Virus record (IMG/VR): IMGVR_UViG_3300045988_113672
Reading direction: 5' to 3' (one strand)
DNA length: 45,644 bases
From: a virus
The translations under genes and the position numbers were made by a program. Numbering within the stretch: the stretch's first letter is position 1; each line of letters starts with the position of its first letter. A model generated the notes under the pieces. That model made no database searches, had not been told where the DNA came from, and worked only from the letters and a program-made list of their open reading frames with translations. Below are positions 25,168 to 37,500 of this stretch, piece by piece.

Positions 25168-26010
25168 ATGGCTCTTACCTTCAACGGCAACGCTCCTTCC
25201 GCAGTCACTTACAACGGCCAAAACGTAAAGAAGATCACCTATAACGGCGTAGCTGTCTGGAACGCCATCTCCATTTCCGCGCCGAGCAACCTGCGGGTCA
25301 ACGGCAGCACCAGCAGCACCAGCTCCGCCTGTAAGCTGACCTGGACGGCGGCTACACTCAGCGGCGCTACGGGCACGATCACCTATTATATCTACAAAAA
25401 CGGCTCTCAGGTGGCCACAACCACCAGCACCAGCTATACCTTCTCGCAAAGCACGATCACAGGCTGGAGCGGCGCGTCCCTCAAGGTTCGCGCCTATAAC
25501 AGCAGCGCGGGGTACAGCGCGTATACCAGCGCCGTAACCTTTACCTATAGGGTTTCAAGCACCAGGGTGACGGTTGCGGCCAGCAAGTATGCTACGACGG
25601 ACAATTCATCCTTTGCAAACAGCGGCGGCACCAGCTGCATTGTGGGACGCTCCACGAAGGACAAGCCTGTCGGAACGGCGATGAAATTCAACGCTCCGAC
25701 AGGCGGCTGGTCCCAGTTTAGCAAGGCCGTTCTGCATGTGCAGAGGACAGGCGGCAGCGCTGGCGCGACGGTTCAGGTTGGTAAGCTGGATGTAGCATAT
25801 TCTACAACGCTGTACACGACGGAGTTCTATTACGGGAACTATGACACGTCAATTGGCTCGGCGAGTGCGTCCGCGGCGACAAGCTGGTTCTCGCTCGATA
25901 TTTCCTCGGCGCTACCGTCCGGCAGCGGAGAGCTGGGCATTACGCTCACCTCGACGAACGCCTATGCGGCTGTAGACGGCACGAACGCCTATATCCAACT
26001 GTCGGCATAA
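25168..26010 (+). CDS. FN3-like domain tail accessory/receptor-binding candidate
   Basis: APSNLRV...KLTWTAA...ITYYIYKNGSQVATTTSTSYTF is a fibronectin type III pattern. Confidence 0.5.
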   Translation: MALTFNGNAPSAVTYNGQNVKKITYNGVAVWNAISISAPSNLRVNGSTSSTSSACKLTWTAATLSGATGTITYYIYKNGSQVATTTSTSYTFSQSTITGWSGASLKVRAYNSSAGYSAYTSAVTFTYRVSSTRVTVAASKYATTDNSSFANSGGTSCIVGRSTKDKPVGTAMKFNAPTGGWSQFSKAVLHVQRTGGSAGATVQVGKLDVAYSTTLYTTEFYYGNYDTSIGSASASAATSWFSLDISSALPSGSGELGITLTSTNAYAAVDGTNAYIQLSA

Positions 26011-26022
26011 TTGAAAGGAAAA

Positions 26023-26904
26023 ATGATTGTGAACGAAAAAGCGTTAAAAATCATCGAGGCCGCCAAATCGCAGCTCGGCAATCCCTATGTATTCGGCATG
26101 TGGGGGCGGGAATGCACGCCCTCCGTGCGCCGCCGGTACGCGGGCTACAACCCCAGCCATAAAAGCGCGATCTACAAGGCGTGCCCCGTGCTGAGCGGCA
26201 AGCAGCCCAATTGCGACGGCTGCAAGTGGCAGGGCAAGCTGGCCTTTGACTGCCGGGGCTTTATCTATTGGTGCATCTTCCAGGGCTACGGCTTTAAGCT
26301 CAAGGGCGGCGGCTGCACCAGCCAGTGGGGCTACAAGGTCAACTGGGCGCAGCAGGGCGCGATCGGCGACATGCCCGACCTGGTGTGCTGCGTGTACCAG
26401 TATCGCGGCGGAAAATTCCAACACACCGGCATCCATATCGGCGGCGGCAAGGTGATCCACTGCTCCGCCGGCGTACAGTGGGGCGATACCAGTGATAAGG
26501 CGTGGACGCACTATGCTATCCCCGCTGGCTTGTACACGGCGGAGGAAATCGCGACGGCGGGCAAACCTGACACCAGTAAGCCAACGGAGAGCGTTGTATT
26601 TAATCTTCGCCGTGGAAGCCGTGGCAGCGATGTGACCAATCTCCAAACCGCCCTGAATGCCTTAGGATATGACTGCGGCACTGCTGATGGCATCTTCGGC
26701 GCTGCGACTGAAAAGGCCGTCCGCGCATTCCAGGCGGACAACGGCCTTGTGGTCGACGGCATCGCCGGTAAGGCCACGCAGGCGGCGCTGTACGCGGCTG
26801 AGGGCGTCCCGCGTGCTACCTATACCGTCACCCTGCGCAACGTGCCGCAAGCGGACGCAATCGCGCTTACGGCCAAGTACGCGGGCGAGATGCTCAAAGA
26901 GTGA
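26023..26904 (+). CDS. endolysin: NlpC/P60 peptidase plus peptidoglycan-binding domain
   Basis: DCRGFIYW supplies the catalytic Cys and HTGIHIGG the His. The C-terminal LQTALNALGYDCGTADGIFGAATEKAVRAFQADNGLVVDGIAGKAT is a PG_binding_1 pattern. Confidence 0.85.
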   Translation: MIVNEKALKIIEAAKSQLGNPYVFGMWGRECTPSVRRRYAGYNPSHKSAIYKACPVLSGKQPNCDGCKWQGKLAFDCRGFIYWCIFQGYGFKLKGGGCTSQWGYKVNWAQQGAIGDMPDLVCCVYQYRGGKFQHTGIHIGGGKVIHCSAGVQWGDTSDKAWTHYAIPAGLYTAEEIATAGKPDTSKPTESVVFNLRRGSRGSDVTNLQTALNALGYDCGTADGIFGAATEKAVRAFQADNGLVVDGIAGKATQAALYAAEGVPRATYTVTLRNVPQADAIALTAKYAGEMLKE

Positions 26905-26943
26905 TCTATCAGATCAAAATAAAATGAAAGGTACATAATCATT

Positions 26944-27177
26944 ATGACCGAAGCCATCATCGTAGCCCTGATTACCGGCGGCATCTCGCTGATCGGCACC
27001 CTCGCGTCCACCCGCAGCAGCGCCAAATCCACACAGGCGCTCGTGGACTACAAGCTCAAGGAGCTCAAGGAAAGCGTGGATAGGCACAACAGCATCATCG
27101 AGCGCACGTACAGGCTCGAGGGGAGAATGGAAAATTGCGAACACGATATCCGCGACATCAAGCAGCGGATCAATTAA
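26944..27177 (+). CDS. lysis-associated membrane protein (N-terminal TM plus coiled coil)
   Basis: It begins MTEAIIVALITGGISLIGTLA and continues with heptad-like sequence. It lies between the endolysin and the holin. Confidence 0.4.
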   Translation: MTEAIIVALITGGISLIGTLASTRSSAKSTQALVDYKLKELKESVDRHNSIIERTYRLEGRMENCEHDIRDIKQRIN

Positions 27178-27194
27178 GAAGGGAGCATTATATT

Positions 27195-27494
27195 ATGGAT
27201 ATTACTACGCTTGGCACCGTAACCGCCATCGTCGCCATCTGCTACCTGATCGGCCTGGCCGTTAAGGCCATCCCCAATATCAAGGATAACCTGATCCCCG
27301 TGATCGTCGGCCTGTGCGGCGGTGCGCTGGGCGTTGCCGGGCTGTACCTGATGCCCGAATTTCCCGCCGAGGACGTGATGAACGCCGTGGCCATCGGCAT
27401 TGTGTCGGGGCTTGCGTCCACCGGCGTGAACCAGGTATATAAGCAGATCGCAGTTAAGGGAAAAGAAGAAGAACCGCCCGAAGACCTGGGCTGA
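27195..27494 (+). CDS. holin
   Basis: It is 99 aa with about three hydrophobic segments and a charged C-terminus KGKEEEPPEDLG. ATG 27195 follows GGGAG. Confidence 0.6.
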   Translation: MDITTLGTVTAIVAICYLIGLAVKAIPNIKDNLIPVIVGLCGGALGVAGLYLMPEFPAEDVMNAVAIGIVSGLASTGVNQVYKQIAVKGKEEEPPEDLG

Positions 27495-27508
27495 AAGGGG
27501 GGATTGCC

Positions 27509-28492
27509 ATGGCTGGTACGATGAGCGCGGCTGATGCGCTGCAAAAGCTGCTTGAGCAGTACAACCAGACTTCCTCTTATGTGCCCAAGACCGCTGACCA
27601 GATCAGGCAGCAGGCGCAGGGCGAATATCAGAGCTACTACGACCAACTGAGGCTTGCCGCCCAGCAGGCGCAGGCGCGCAACGACCTTGCATTGCAGCAG
27701 CAGCGCGAGGGCTTGCAGCGGACGTATGACAAGCAGCGCGAGGCCAGCCAGAAGGAATACGAAAACGCCTATTCCAGGGCTGACCGGCAGCAGTTGTCAC
27801 GCGGCATGCAGCGCTCCAGCTACACGGCGCAGGTGCTGGCGAATCTCACCCAGGAGGGCGCGGAAGCGCAGCAGGAGCTGTGGGATGCGCAGGGCGCGGC
27901 TGAGGGGAACATCGACGCGCAGCGGACGCAGCTTGCGGCGCAGTTGGCTGACCAGCTATCGCAGTACAGCGCCAGCGAGGCGGCTGACGTGCTGGCGAGA
28001 ATCAAGGAGCTGGAGGACCAGGAGTATGACCGCGGCCGTGAAAACGACCAGTACAAGAATTCCCTGTCTGCGCAGATTTATCAGTTCCTCTATCAGGGCG
28101 AGCAGGATAAGATTGCTCAGGATCAGTGGCAGAAGGAATTTGACGAAAACGTGCGCCAGTGGAACGCGCAGTACGGCAGCAAGGGGTCTGGCGGCGGCGG
28201 CGGAAACAACTACAACACCAACAAGGATACCACCGGCAACGGCGGGAACCAGTACACCGATGATACCTTCCTGTCCGACATGAGCCAGGACAGGGCCATT
28301 ACTAAAACCTCTGCCGGTTTGCCTATGCCTGATCTTGGCCTCTTTCCTGACCAAATCAACAGCCTGGGCGGGATCAACAGCGTTAAAAGCAAGCTGAACG
28401 AAGCATTGAAGAACAAAAGAAAGAAGAAAACCAGCACCAACAACGGCGGCGGAGGCGGCGGTCGTTTCTCTCAGGCAATGGTAAGAGACTAA
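27509..28492 (+). CDS. Q-rich coiled-coil protein with G/N-rich tail (candidate internal virion protein)
   Basis: About 230 aa are Q/E/R-rich and heptad-like, followed by GSGGGGGNNYNTNKDTTGNGGNQ and NNGGGGGG. It lies immediately upstream of the giant gene. Confidence 0.5.
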   Translation: MAGTMSAADALQKLLEQYNQTSSYVPKTADQIRQQAQGEYQSYYDQLRLAAQQAQARNDLALQQQREGLQRTYDKQREASQKEYENAYSRADRQQLSRGMQRSSYTAQVLANLTQEGAEAQQELWDAQGAAEGNIDAQRTQLAAQLADQLSQYSASEAADVLARIKELEDQEYDRGRENDQYKNSLSAQIYQFLYQGEQDKIAQDQWQKEFDENVRQWNAQYGSKGSGGGGGNNYNTNKDTTGNGGNQYTDDTFLSDMSQDRAITKTSAGLPMPDLGLFPDQINSLGGINSVKSKLNEALKNKRKKKTSTNNGGGGGGRFSQAMVRD

Positions 28493-28509
28493 GCAATCGG
28501 AGGTAGGCA

Positions 28510-31500
28510 ATGAGCCAGCTATCTAAGGCTTACGAGAAAAACAAGAAGGTTCAGCAAAGCATTGCAAGCAATCTGCAAGAGGATGAACCCAAGAAGCAGC
28601 TGACTACCGTCTCGATGACGAGCAGCAAGCAGCAGCTCAAGCAGGTATTGCAGGAGCAGAAGCAAAAGGAGAAGAATCCTGTTCAGCGCAAGAACACGAA
28701 AATTGGCGCTTCGCAGTCTCCAAAATTTGTGCGCACTGCCTTCATCAGTCCGGTGCAGCCTATTGTCCGCACGCAGCCGTCCTCGAACCTGCAGCGGCTT
28801 TTGGCGAAGGTTGAGACGGATAACAGTTGGTATTCCGGCAGCACGCCCACCAGAAGCGAGGCGGCGGCGCGTATCTACACGATATCGCAGACTGACCCGG
28901 CGCGGGCAAGGAAGCTGAACCAGGCTTTTTCTCAGCTGCAGCGTGATCCTTCCAGCCAGTTCTACAATCCATACGGTTCTGCCACCAACAAGGCCATCCA
29001 GGAGCTTGCAAACCTTGGCGTGGATATGAGCGGCGGCATTACGGAGGACTGGCTGGCGAAAAATAGCTGGCTCAAAGCCTACTATCGCACCAGCGGCAAC
29101 AGCGGCACTCCCCTTGCGCCCACCAAGAACAGCACTGCCGAGCAGAACGCGGCGTACTACTACTATCAGATTCTCAAGGCGCAGGATACGACCAATCAGG
29201 CAGAAGCCGAGTGGAAGGCCCTGCAGGAGGAGATCGGCTACTGGGCGAACCGCAAGGACCGCAATTACAGCGACGATCAGATCATCAGCAGGATTGACTG
29301 GTCTAAGTACAAGACGCTGGCCAGGATGGACGACGGCGCGGCAAGCGGCGTGCCCCTGACGCTGAACAGCTCCATCGGCTACAGCCAGGACGCGCTGAAG
29401 GGCGTGATCTGGGCGGCGCGCAACGGCAGCACCGGCAACCCGCTGGCTGACAGCGCGAAGGCCGTTTTGGGCGCGGGCAAGACCTGGCAGGAGGACAAGA
29501 AGATCAGCGCGAAGCTCGATCCCAGCAGCAAGGCGTACAGCCCGTACTCCGTGGGCAGCACGCTGGACGATGCGGCGCTGTACTTTGGCGTGGATTCCTT
29601 CAGCAAGGACTGGCTTGAAAACAACCGTAACATTCTGGCCGGCAACGACGCAACGGCCAAGAAAATGTATCAGACGGTGTACAATGCGGAGCAGACCACG
29701 CTGAAGGCCGAGCAGGAGCTGGACGAGCTGCACGCCAGCATTGACCGCTATCTTGAATCGACCACTGACCCGGATCAGATTCTGCGGATGATTGACGGCG
29801 AGTACAAGACGCTGGACAGCCTGGACGAGAGCATGCGAGAGGGCAAGCTGATAGGCACGACCCGCGCGATCGACTACCGCAAGCAGGATATCGAGGCCGA
29901 GGTACGCCGTCGCTGTCTGGCCAAGAATACGCAGATCAACGGCGCGGACTATGTGGGCGCTGTGTGGAAGCTGCTGGGCCTGCCGGAGGTAAAAACCGAG
30001 GCCATTTCGGCTGTGGGCGCTTCCCGCGATAACGCGATCAACGCTGGCGGCGCGACCATTGCGGACGCTGGCACGGACGAGGAAAAGACCGTATTTAAGA
30101 CTGCGTACAGCAGCGATTTTGACACCTATCTGACGCAGATCAAGGGCGCGATGGATAGCGGCGTATCCGACCCGCAGGGCGGCTATGACTACACGCTCAA
30201 GCGCGCTGACCAGTATGCGGCCGAAAACTACATGGACGCGATGGACACCGTTTTGACCTACGAGGAAGCCCAGCAGGCCAAGGATGAAGCCATCAGGAAG
30301 CTGAACGACCTGGGCGTTGTCTACGATGAAGACGGCAACATCGACATGAGCAACCGCAAGGGCAGCCTGATTGTGCCGGGCGCTGATACGGCGATGGCTG
30401 CTGCCGGCATGAGCGATGCGCCAAGAAAGCTGCGCAAGACCAGCGATGATACGGCTGATGAGATCGACATGCTGCGCAAGGAGATTGCCAGCGGTTATGG
30501 CAAGGACGAGAAGGGAAAGCGCGTAAAGCTGACGGATGAGGAAATCGAACTAAAGCATTCTCAGCTGCAAGCGCTGCTTCATCCCGAAGCCATCACTGCG
30601 ACGCAGAAGGAGATCAACCAGCTGCTGGCCGTGGTGGACGAAAGCACCGAGACCATGGAGCGCACACAGAAGTCCTATGATAAAGCCAATATCACGCTGA
30701 AGAACATCACCGAGGGCTATTCGGTTGCCGACCGGATGCAGGCGCTGACCGGCGTGAAGGCCGGCGACAGCGATTCCACCCTGGCGCAGATGACTTATCT
30801 GTTCAGCATTGCGCGCAACTATGAGCCGACCGAATATCGATCTGCCAACCTGTATGCGCTGGCCATGGACGGGCAGGGCGCGACCTACGAGGAAACGGCG
30901 GCGGCTGCCAGGCAGGGCATGGCGGAGAACAAGCAGATGATCGAGCAGATCAATTTTGCACTGGGCGAGCTGGAAAGCAAGGGCGCGCATCTGCCGGATG
31001 ACAAGATGGAAAACGTCAAGCGTTATGTCGCTGCGCTTGAGCGCGACGTGCAGGACGCTGAATATTTTCTTTTGCGGGAGAACGACGATTACTACCAGGA
31101 GTCGCAGGACGTAAGCAACGAGATTTTTGCGGCCTGGCAGGATTATAACGAGCTGAACCCGCTGGGCATGCTGAACCCATTTGCCGACCGGAAGGGCTAT
31201 ACGGCGCTGGATAACGTGGTGGCAATCCGGCTTGAACAGCTGCAAATGGAGGAAGCCAGCAAAACCATTGGGCGGAACCTGAAATCTGACAAGGTGATCA
31301 TGTCCACTGGCAACCCGGCGAAGGACGGTTATTACACAGAGGATATTAACCAGCTCAGCAAAAACGAGTGCATGACCTACCTGTACATTCGCGGCAAGGA
31401 GGGCGTGGACGCTGCGCAGGAATACTACGACCATTTGACCAACGCGGAGTACGGCGTAATCAACATGCGCCGCAATCTGGACTGGACGGCGAAGGCGCAG

Positions 31501-34500
31501 GAATTTGCGGATCAGAACGCTGTGACCGGCGCGCTTGCTTCCGCGCTGACCGTCATTGCTTCCCCTCTTACTGTGGGCGGCATGGTGGAATCGATCAAGG
31601 CTGATGTGCTGGGGCAGGAGCTTAACCCCTACGCGCGCGGCTTTGTGTACGGCAACATGAGCGGCACGGCGCGTGCGACGGTCAAGGAGAATATCTCCGA
31701 ATCTGTCGGCGGTGGCGCCGGCGGATGGCTGCTGGGTGCGCTGTATGACGCTTTGATGAGCTACGGCGATTCGATGGTGAGCAGCTACTTCATGGGCGGC
31801 CTGGGTTCTGCTGCCGGTTCCGGCGCTGGCAAGCTGCTGGCAAAGACAGGGCTGACCGAAAATTATGTCAATCTCGCGTCCAATGTGGTATCTTCCTTTG
31901 TGACGGCTTCCGGCCAGGGCATGCAGGCGGTTGGCAACGCCATGATGGACGCAAAGCTGCGTGGCGCGACCCCCGACGAAGCGCGCGTACTTGGCCTTGT
32001 TACCTTCCTGGCTGAGACCGCGACGGAAGCGATCGAGGTTGAGACCATCGATTCTGCCATTCACGGCGGCGCTGAACGGGAATTCAAAGACACGTTCAAG
32101 AAGCTGCTGTTCAACATGTTCAACGAGGGCGCGGGCGAGGGCGTATCCGAATTGGTGGAGGGCATGGCCGACAAGGTTGTGATGGATTACAAGTCCAACT
32201 GGGCTGAATCCGTACAGCGCTATATTGACGAGGGCATGACCAAGAAGCAGGCCGAAGACGCAGCCTGGAAGGAGATCCTGTGGAACGCTGCGGAAGCGGC
32301 GGCTGTTGGCGGAATCTCTGGCGGCCTTGGCACCGGCCTGGGCTATGTACAGGGCCGTATCTTTGGCGATGGCAGCCAGACGCAGGACGCTGTGCAGCCA
32401 ACTGCCGAGACCGTGCAGCAGACGCAGCAGACCGCGCAGGAAACCGTCCAGCAGACCGCACAAGAGCAGACCCAGCAGGAAGCCCCGACGATTGCGCAGG
32501 AGACGCAGAACGCCGATGTGGAGAATGCTGCGCCTGAGACCGCAGAAGCCGCCCAAACGCCAAATACAAAGGAAGAAACGCAGCCCTTTGACACGGGCGA
32601 ACGGCTGACGCAGTATGAGGTAAATGAAAAGACCGTGCGGCAGGTGACGGCGCTGACTGCATCCCTGGAGGCGGACGAGGCCAGCCAGACGGCGACCATC
32701 GGCGCGGCGCTGTTGGGAGATAACGCGACCCCGCAGGAAACGGCCTTTGCCTCCGCGGCGGCGCAGCACATGACCGACACCCTGGGCAGCGACGCGGCTG
32801 TGCGGTTTACCCGCGACGTGCTGCTGCTGGACAGCGACACCAACGGCGTGCGCGCGGCGCTGACTGTTGCGGCGCTGAACAAGGGCGGGAACGCCAGCCA
32901 GGTTGCGCAGCGTATGGCGCAGGAGGGCGTAACGGCTGAGGGCATTCAGGAGCTCAAGGCGGCGGCTGACCTCGATGTGCAGGACGCGAACGTGACCGCG
33001 CAGATGCAGCAGACCGTGCAGGAGAACCAGGTGGCATTGCGCACGGCGCAGCTGATTGGCGACGGCGCGCTGAAAGCCGTACAGCCCTACGAGACGGCGG
33101 TTGCCCAGGCGAAAAGCGTATTGCGCCAGGCTCAGGGCGAATTGCGCAGGCAGGTAAAGCGCCGGGAAGGGCTTGGGCAGAATCTCCTATCTTTACAGGA
33201 ACAGATCAACAGCGGCACGGCGACCCCGCAGCTGCTTGATACCTTTAGATCGACCGTCAAGGACATTGAAGGCCAGATCAAGGTTGTAAACGAGTACACC
33301 CAGCGCGTGGCCAACGCCGAGCAGTCGCTGCACGACGCGCAGAACCAACTGGACACTGTACGCGACGATACGCTGCGGCAGGTACGCCAGCAGGCGCAGC
33401 AGGACGTGGCCGACATGCAGGCGCAGCAGCTTGCGGAGCAGGAGGCGGCGAAGGCTGAACAGGCGCAGCAGGCCGAAGCACAGGAAAAGACCGGCTATCA
33501 GAAGAAGCAGTTTATCCCCTATGATGGCCCTGTCCCGCAGACCGTTGACAATGTGCAGCAGGAAACCGTCGCGATTGACGATGCAAGCTATGCGCAGGTG
33601 CAGCAGATTGTGGAGGATGCGCAGGCGGATTCTGAAACGAAATCTGGCGTGCGCAGCCTGGTCAAGAGTGCGTTGCGCGCTGTGTTTGGAAGCCGATTCG
33701 ATCAAACGCAGGTAACAGTAGACAACGTGCAGTTTGACGGCCAGCCGTATACCGTGACGCTGTTCAAGAATCTGATCAACAAGGTAGTTTCCGACCCGAA
33801 CATGACAACGGAAAAGCTATCGGTGCTAAGCAACATAGAACAGGTCCTCAAGAACGCAATATATGAAACAAGCTCCGATGTTGACAGGAGTCGGCAAAGC
33901 AAGGAACGTGTTGTAAGGTACGATTACCTGTCCTCGCGCACAAAAATAAACGGCCAGGATTACAATGCAATCCTTACCGTTGAAGCGTATGACTATCAGA
34001 ACAAGATGAAAACCTATCGTCTTGAAAACATAGAAATGACGCCTGTCGATTTCCCGTCCGCCACCGGTTACGCACCGGCGCTCGCAGAAACCGACCAGAA
34101 CCAGGTACAGTATCGGTTACGTACCGACCCTCCGGATTCCGTGGCGTCTTCTAATAGTATATTAGCATCCGATGCCGAAAATGTCAATACTGAAAATATT
34201 TCTAATTTGGAATCGCTGAACGATGCGAATGTGCAGGCTTCCTACGGCGTTCCCGGCGTAACGAGCACTGGCAAGAGCGGAACGACCGGCGCAGTTGTTA
34301 GCCCCATCGTGACCGCGCAGAATCTTGCCAAGTCGCTCGGCGTAGGCATGACGCTTGGCACGCGCAAGATGGATACCGGCAGCACGAAGATACCCAAGGC
34401 GGTGCGTGGATATTACGAGCAGAACGCAAAGTATATCGCTGTGCGCTCCAACGAGGCGAGCAGCTATGCGGTAACGATGCACGAAGCCGGGCACGCCATT

Positions 34501-37500
34501 GCAGATAAGATTGGGCTGACCGGCACGCAGGAAATGGTGGATCGGCTGAACCCTGTATTCGCAAAGAATTATAATGCGCAGCAGCTTCCCGGTGAAGCCT
34601 TTGCGGAGTTTGTCAGTTTGTACATGCGTGATAGTCGTATGGCAGAAGAATTTGCAGGCAGCGACTTTATGCGTACGTTTGAATCTGCACTGCGCCGCGC
34701 AGACATTGACAAGGCCGTGCATCAGGCGCGCGACCAGATTCAGACATATGCCGCTGCCTCCACGCTGGACAGAGCCAAGGCCGGCATTATCGATCAGGCC
34801 GATGCGCAGCGCAAGGACAGCATGGCTGAAAAACTTCGCGACTTTGTGACGAACGTTGCCGACTGGACGCGCCCGCTTGAAGACGTGGACAAGGCTTTTG
34901 CGGCCAGCAACGATGGCCAATACGGAAACGTGAGGCAGACTGCCAAGAAGCGCAACTTCGCTGACAGAATCGTTGAAAGCCTGTTCACCAACGCCATGAC
35001 CAACGCTGACCATACGATTATTGGCGAGAGCTTCAGTGCGGCCTTTGAAGGCATTGATGGCAAAAATGCAGATGACTTTATTACCTATGGCCTGCTTAAA
35101 CACTCCCTGAGCAGAGATGTGCAGGGAAAGCAGGTGTTTGCCAATGACCTGACGCACGATCAGCGCGTTGAAGCTGTTCGGCAGATTGAAGAAGCCAGCC
35201 CGCAGTATAAGGAAGCCTTAGATAAGTTTGAAAAAACCTGGCATCAGTTTATGCAGGCTTGGATGGTGGATACAGGTTATCTATCTCAGGAAGCATTTGA
35301 CCGCATGAACGAGATGTATCCCTACTGGTTGCCAACCGTCCGTGCGCGCGAAGGAAAGGTGCGCGGCGGCGGTAGGCGCGGCACGTTTACAATCCACCAG
35401 GCTACCGGCAGTGATCTGCAAATTATCAACCCCATTGACACGATTGCCAACTATGTAACCCGCATCGTGGACATGAATCTGCGGAACAACGTGGCGATTG
35501 CCTTTGACGAGGCATACCAGACCAGCAATGGCATGGGCATTTGGGCGCGTGAGATTACGCAGGATATGCGCAGAACGGCAGTTAACACCGAGGACGTGCA
35601 GCAGCGCGTGAACGACATTCTGTCTGAAGCTGACATAGACACAGACGTGATCGGCAATGTGCTTGAAGCCATCGGCCAAGAAGCGGTTAGCTGGCAGGGG
35701 ACAAACACCAGCACCGAAGGAGATACCCTGTGCGTGGTACGCCGTGATGGCACGAATGCCTATTACCAGTTTGACGCGGACGGGCGGGCGATCTATGAGG
35801 CCCTGACTGGCAACGGCAAGGCGGTTCATTCCGAGACCCGACGCGCCCTGAAAGCATTCTCGAACGTCACGTCCTTTGTCAGTAGAATGGCGACGACATA
35901 TGCTCCGACCTTTGCCATGACCAACCCCATCAAGGACTTGCAAAGCAGTATTTATCACGGCTCCTGGGCCAGCAACTATTTGACCGGCATTGTGAAATGG
36001 TTTGTGTCAGCCTACGAAGTAACCACGAATAGCCAAGGCGTGCAGGAGTACAAAGCGCAGGGCGGCGGCGGATGGAATCAGATTCAGACGGGCTTCCGCA
36101 AGGGCGCAGACGAATACCGCGGGAAGCTGTTTGAAGGTTACTGGAAGCGTGATGCAAAGAGCATTGCAAAGCACATCGGAGAGACGGCGCTTGACGTGGT
36201 GACGCTGGACAGGCTGAATGATATCATTGAAACCGCATCGCGTTACGCCGAATACCGTTTTGGCAAGCATGATCTGAGCACGCCGGAAGGACGCGCGGAA
36301 GCGTTCCAGGCGGCGCAGGATGTTACCACCGACTTTGCGAATGGCGGCAAGGGCGCAGGCGTTCTGATTGCACGCAGCATTATGCCGTTCCTCAACCCCA
36401 ATATTCAGGGCACTTATCGTGCGAGCCTTGAACTGAGCGGGCGCGAGCGCGGACGGCTTGGAGCCAGAATGACCAAGCGCATCGTAAACACGATGTTCCT
36501 TTCTGCCCTTGCATCTGTTATAAGAGCGCGTTTTGGCAGCGACGAAGATAAGGATTTGTACGGTCGAATTTCTGACGGCGTGAAGACTTCCAACCTTATT
36601 ATTCCCAACGTCTTCAATCGTGACAGCGACAGGCGCTTTGTCCGTATCCCTATTTCGCAGGACCCCTTGGATCAGGCGCTATATACGCTCACCACGTCCG
36701 CCATTGACGCTTACAACGGAGATGATGACTTCATCACGGAGCTGCTGGCCGGGGCAAGTCAGATCGTTAGCAACGTAACGCTGGGCGCGTCCGATCTCCT
36801 ATCCGAAGGCAGCCTGCCTGAACGCCTGAACGGCTTTATGCAGGGCACTATCTTTGGGCCTGCATGGGGCCTGATTACCAACCAGACCTACTACGGCGGC
36901 AAGATCGTGGGCGATTATCTGGACGAGCTTAGTCCTGTATCGCAGTACGACGAGACCACCAACGATATGTTCATCTGGCTGGGTGCGCGCCTGGGCGTAT
37001 CGCCGAAGCGGCTGGAATACCTGTACGATCAGTATACTGGCTACGCTGGGCAACTGCTGATGGCTGTTACTGACGGAGATAACGCGCTCAAGACAACGGT
37101 AAATACATTCCATAAACGCCTTACGATTGATCCGGCGTATACGAACGACATTTCCAGCGCGTATTCGGACAACAAGGCGTTTATCAGTCAGCTGCAAAAG
37201 ACGATTTCGAAAACCGGCACTGACGGCAAAATGCTGCGTAGCGGCCTGACCGAGGATGAACGTTCGCAGGCATACGAGGAAATCAAGGCCATGAACAAGA
37301 AGGGCGGTCTGCTGAAGGATACCAACGATCAGATTTCTGAGCTATGGAACGAGATTCACGCTGTGCAGGACGACGAAACAAAGACCGAAGCTGAACGGAG
37401 AACGCTGATCCTTCAGTATCGAGATCAGATCACCGATTTGCAGTTGAGTTTCAACGAACAGTTTGGACAGTTCCAGGCAAAGTACGTAACCGGTGAAAAC

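Noticed and set aside
23800-26010. A diversity-generating retroelement targeting the fibre or FN3 genes.
   Set aside because: I found no reverse transcriptase ORF anywhere in the window and no template-repeat/variable-repeat pair.
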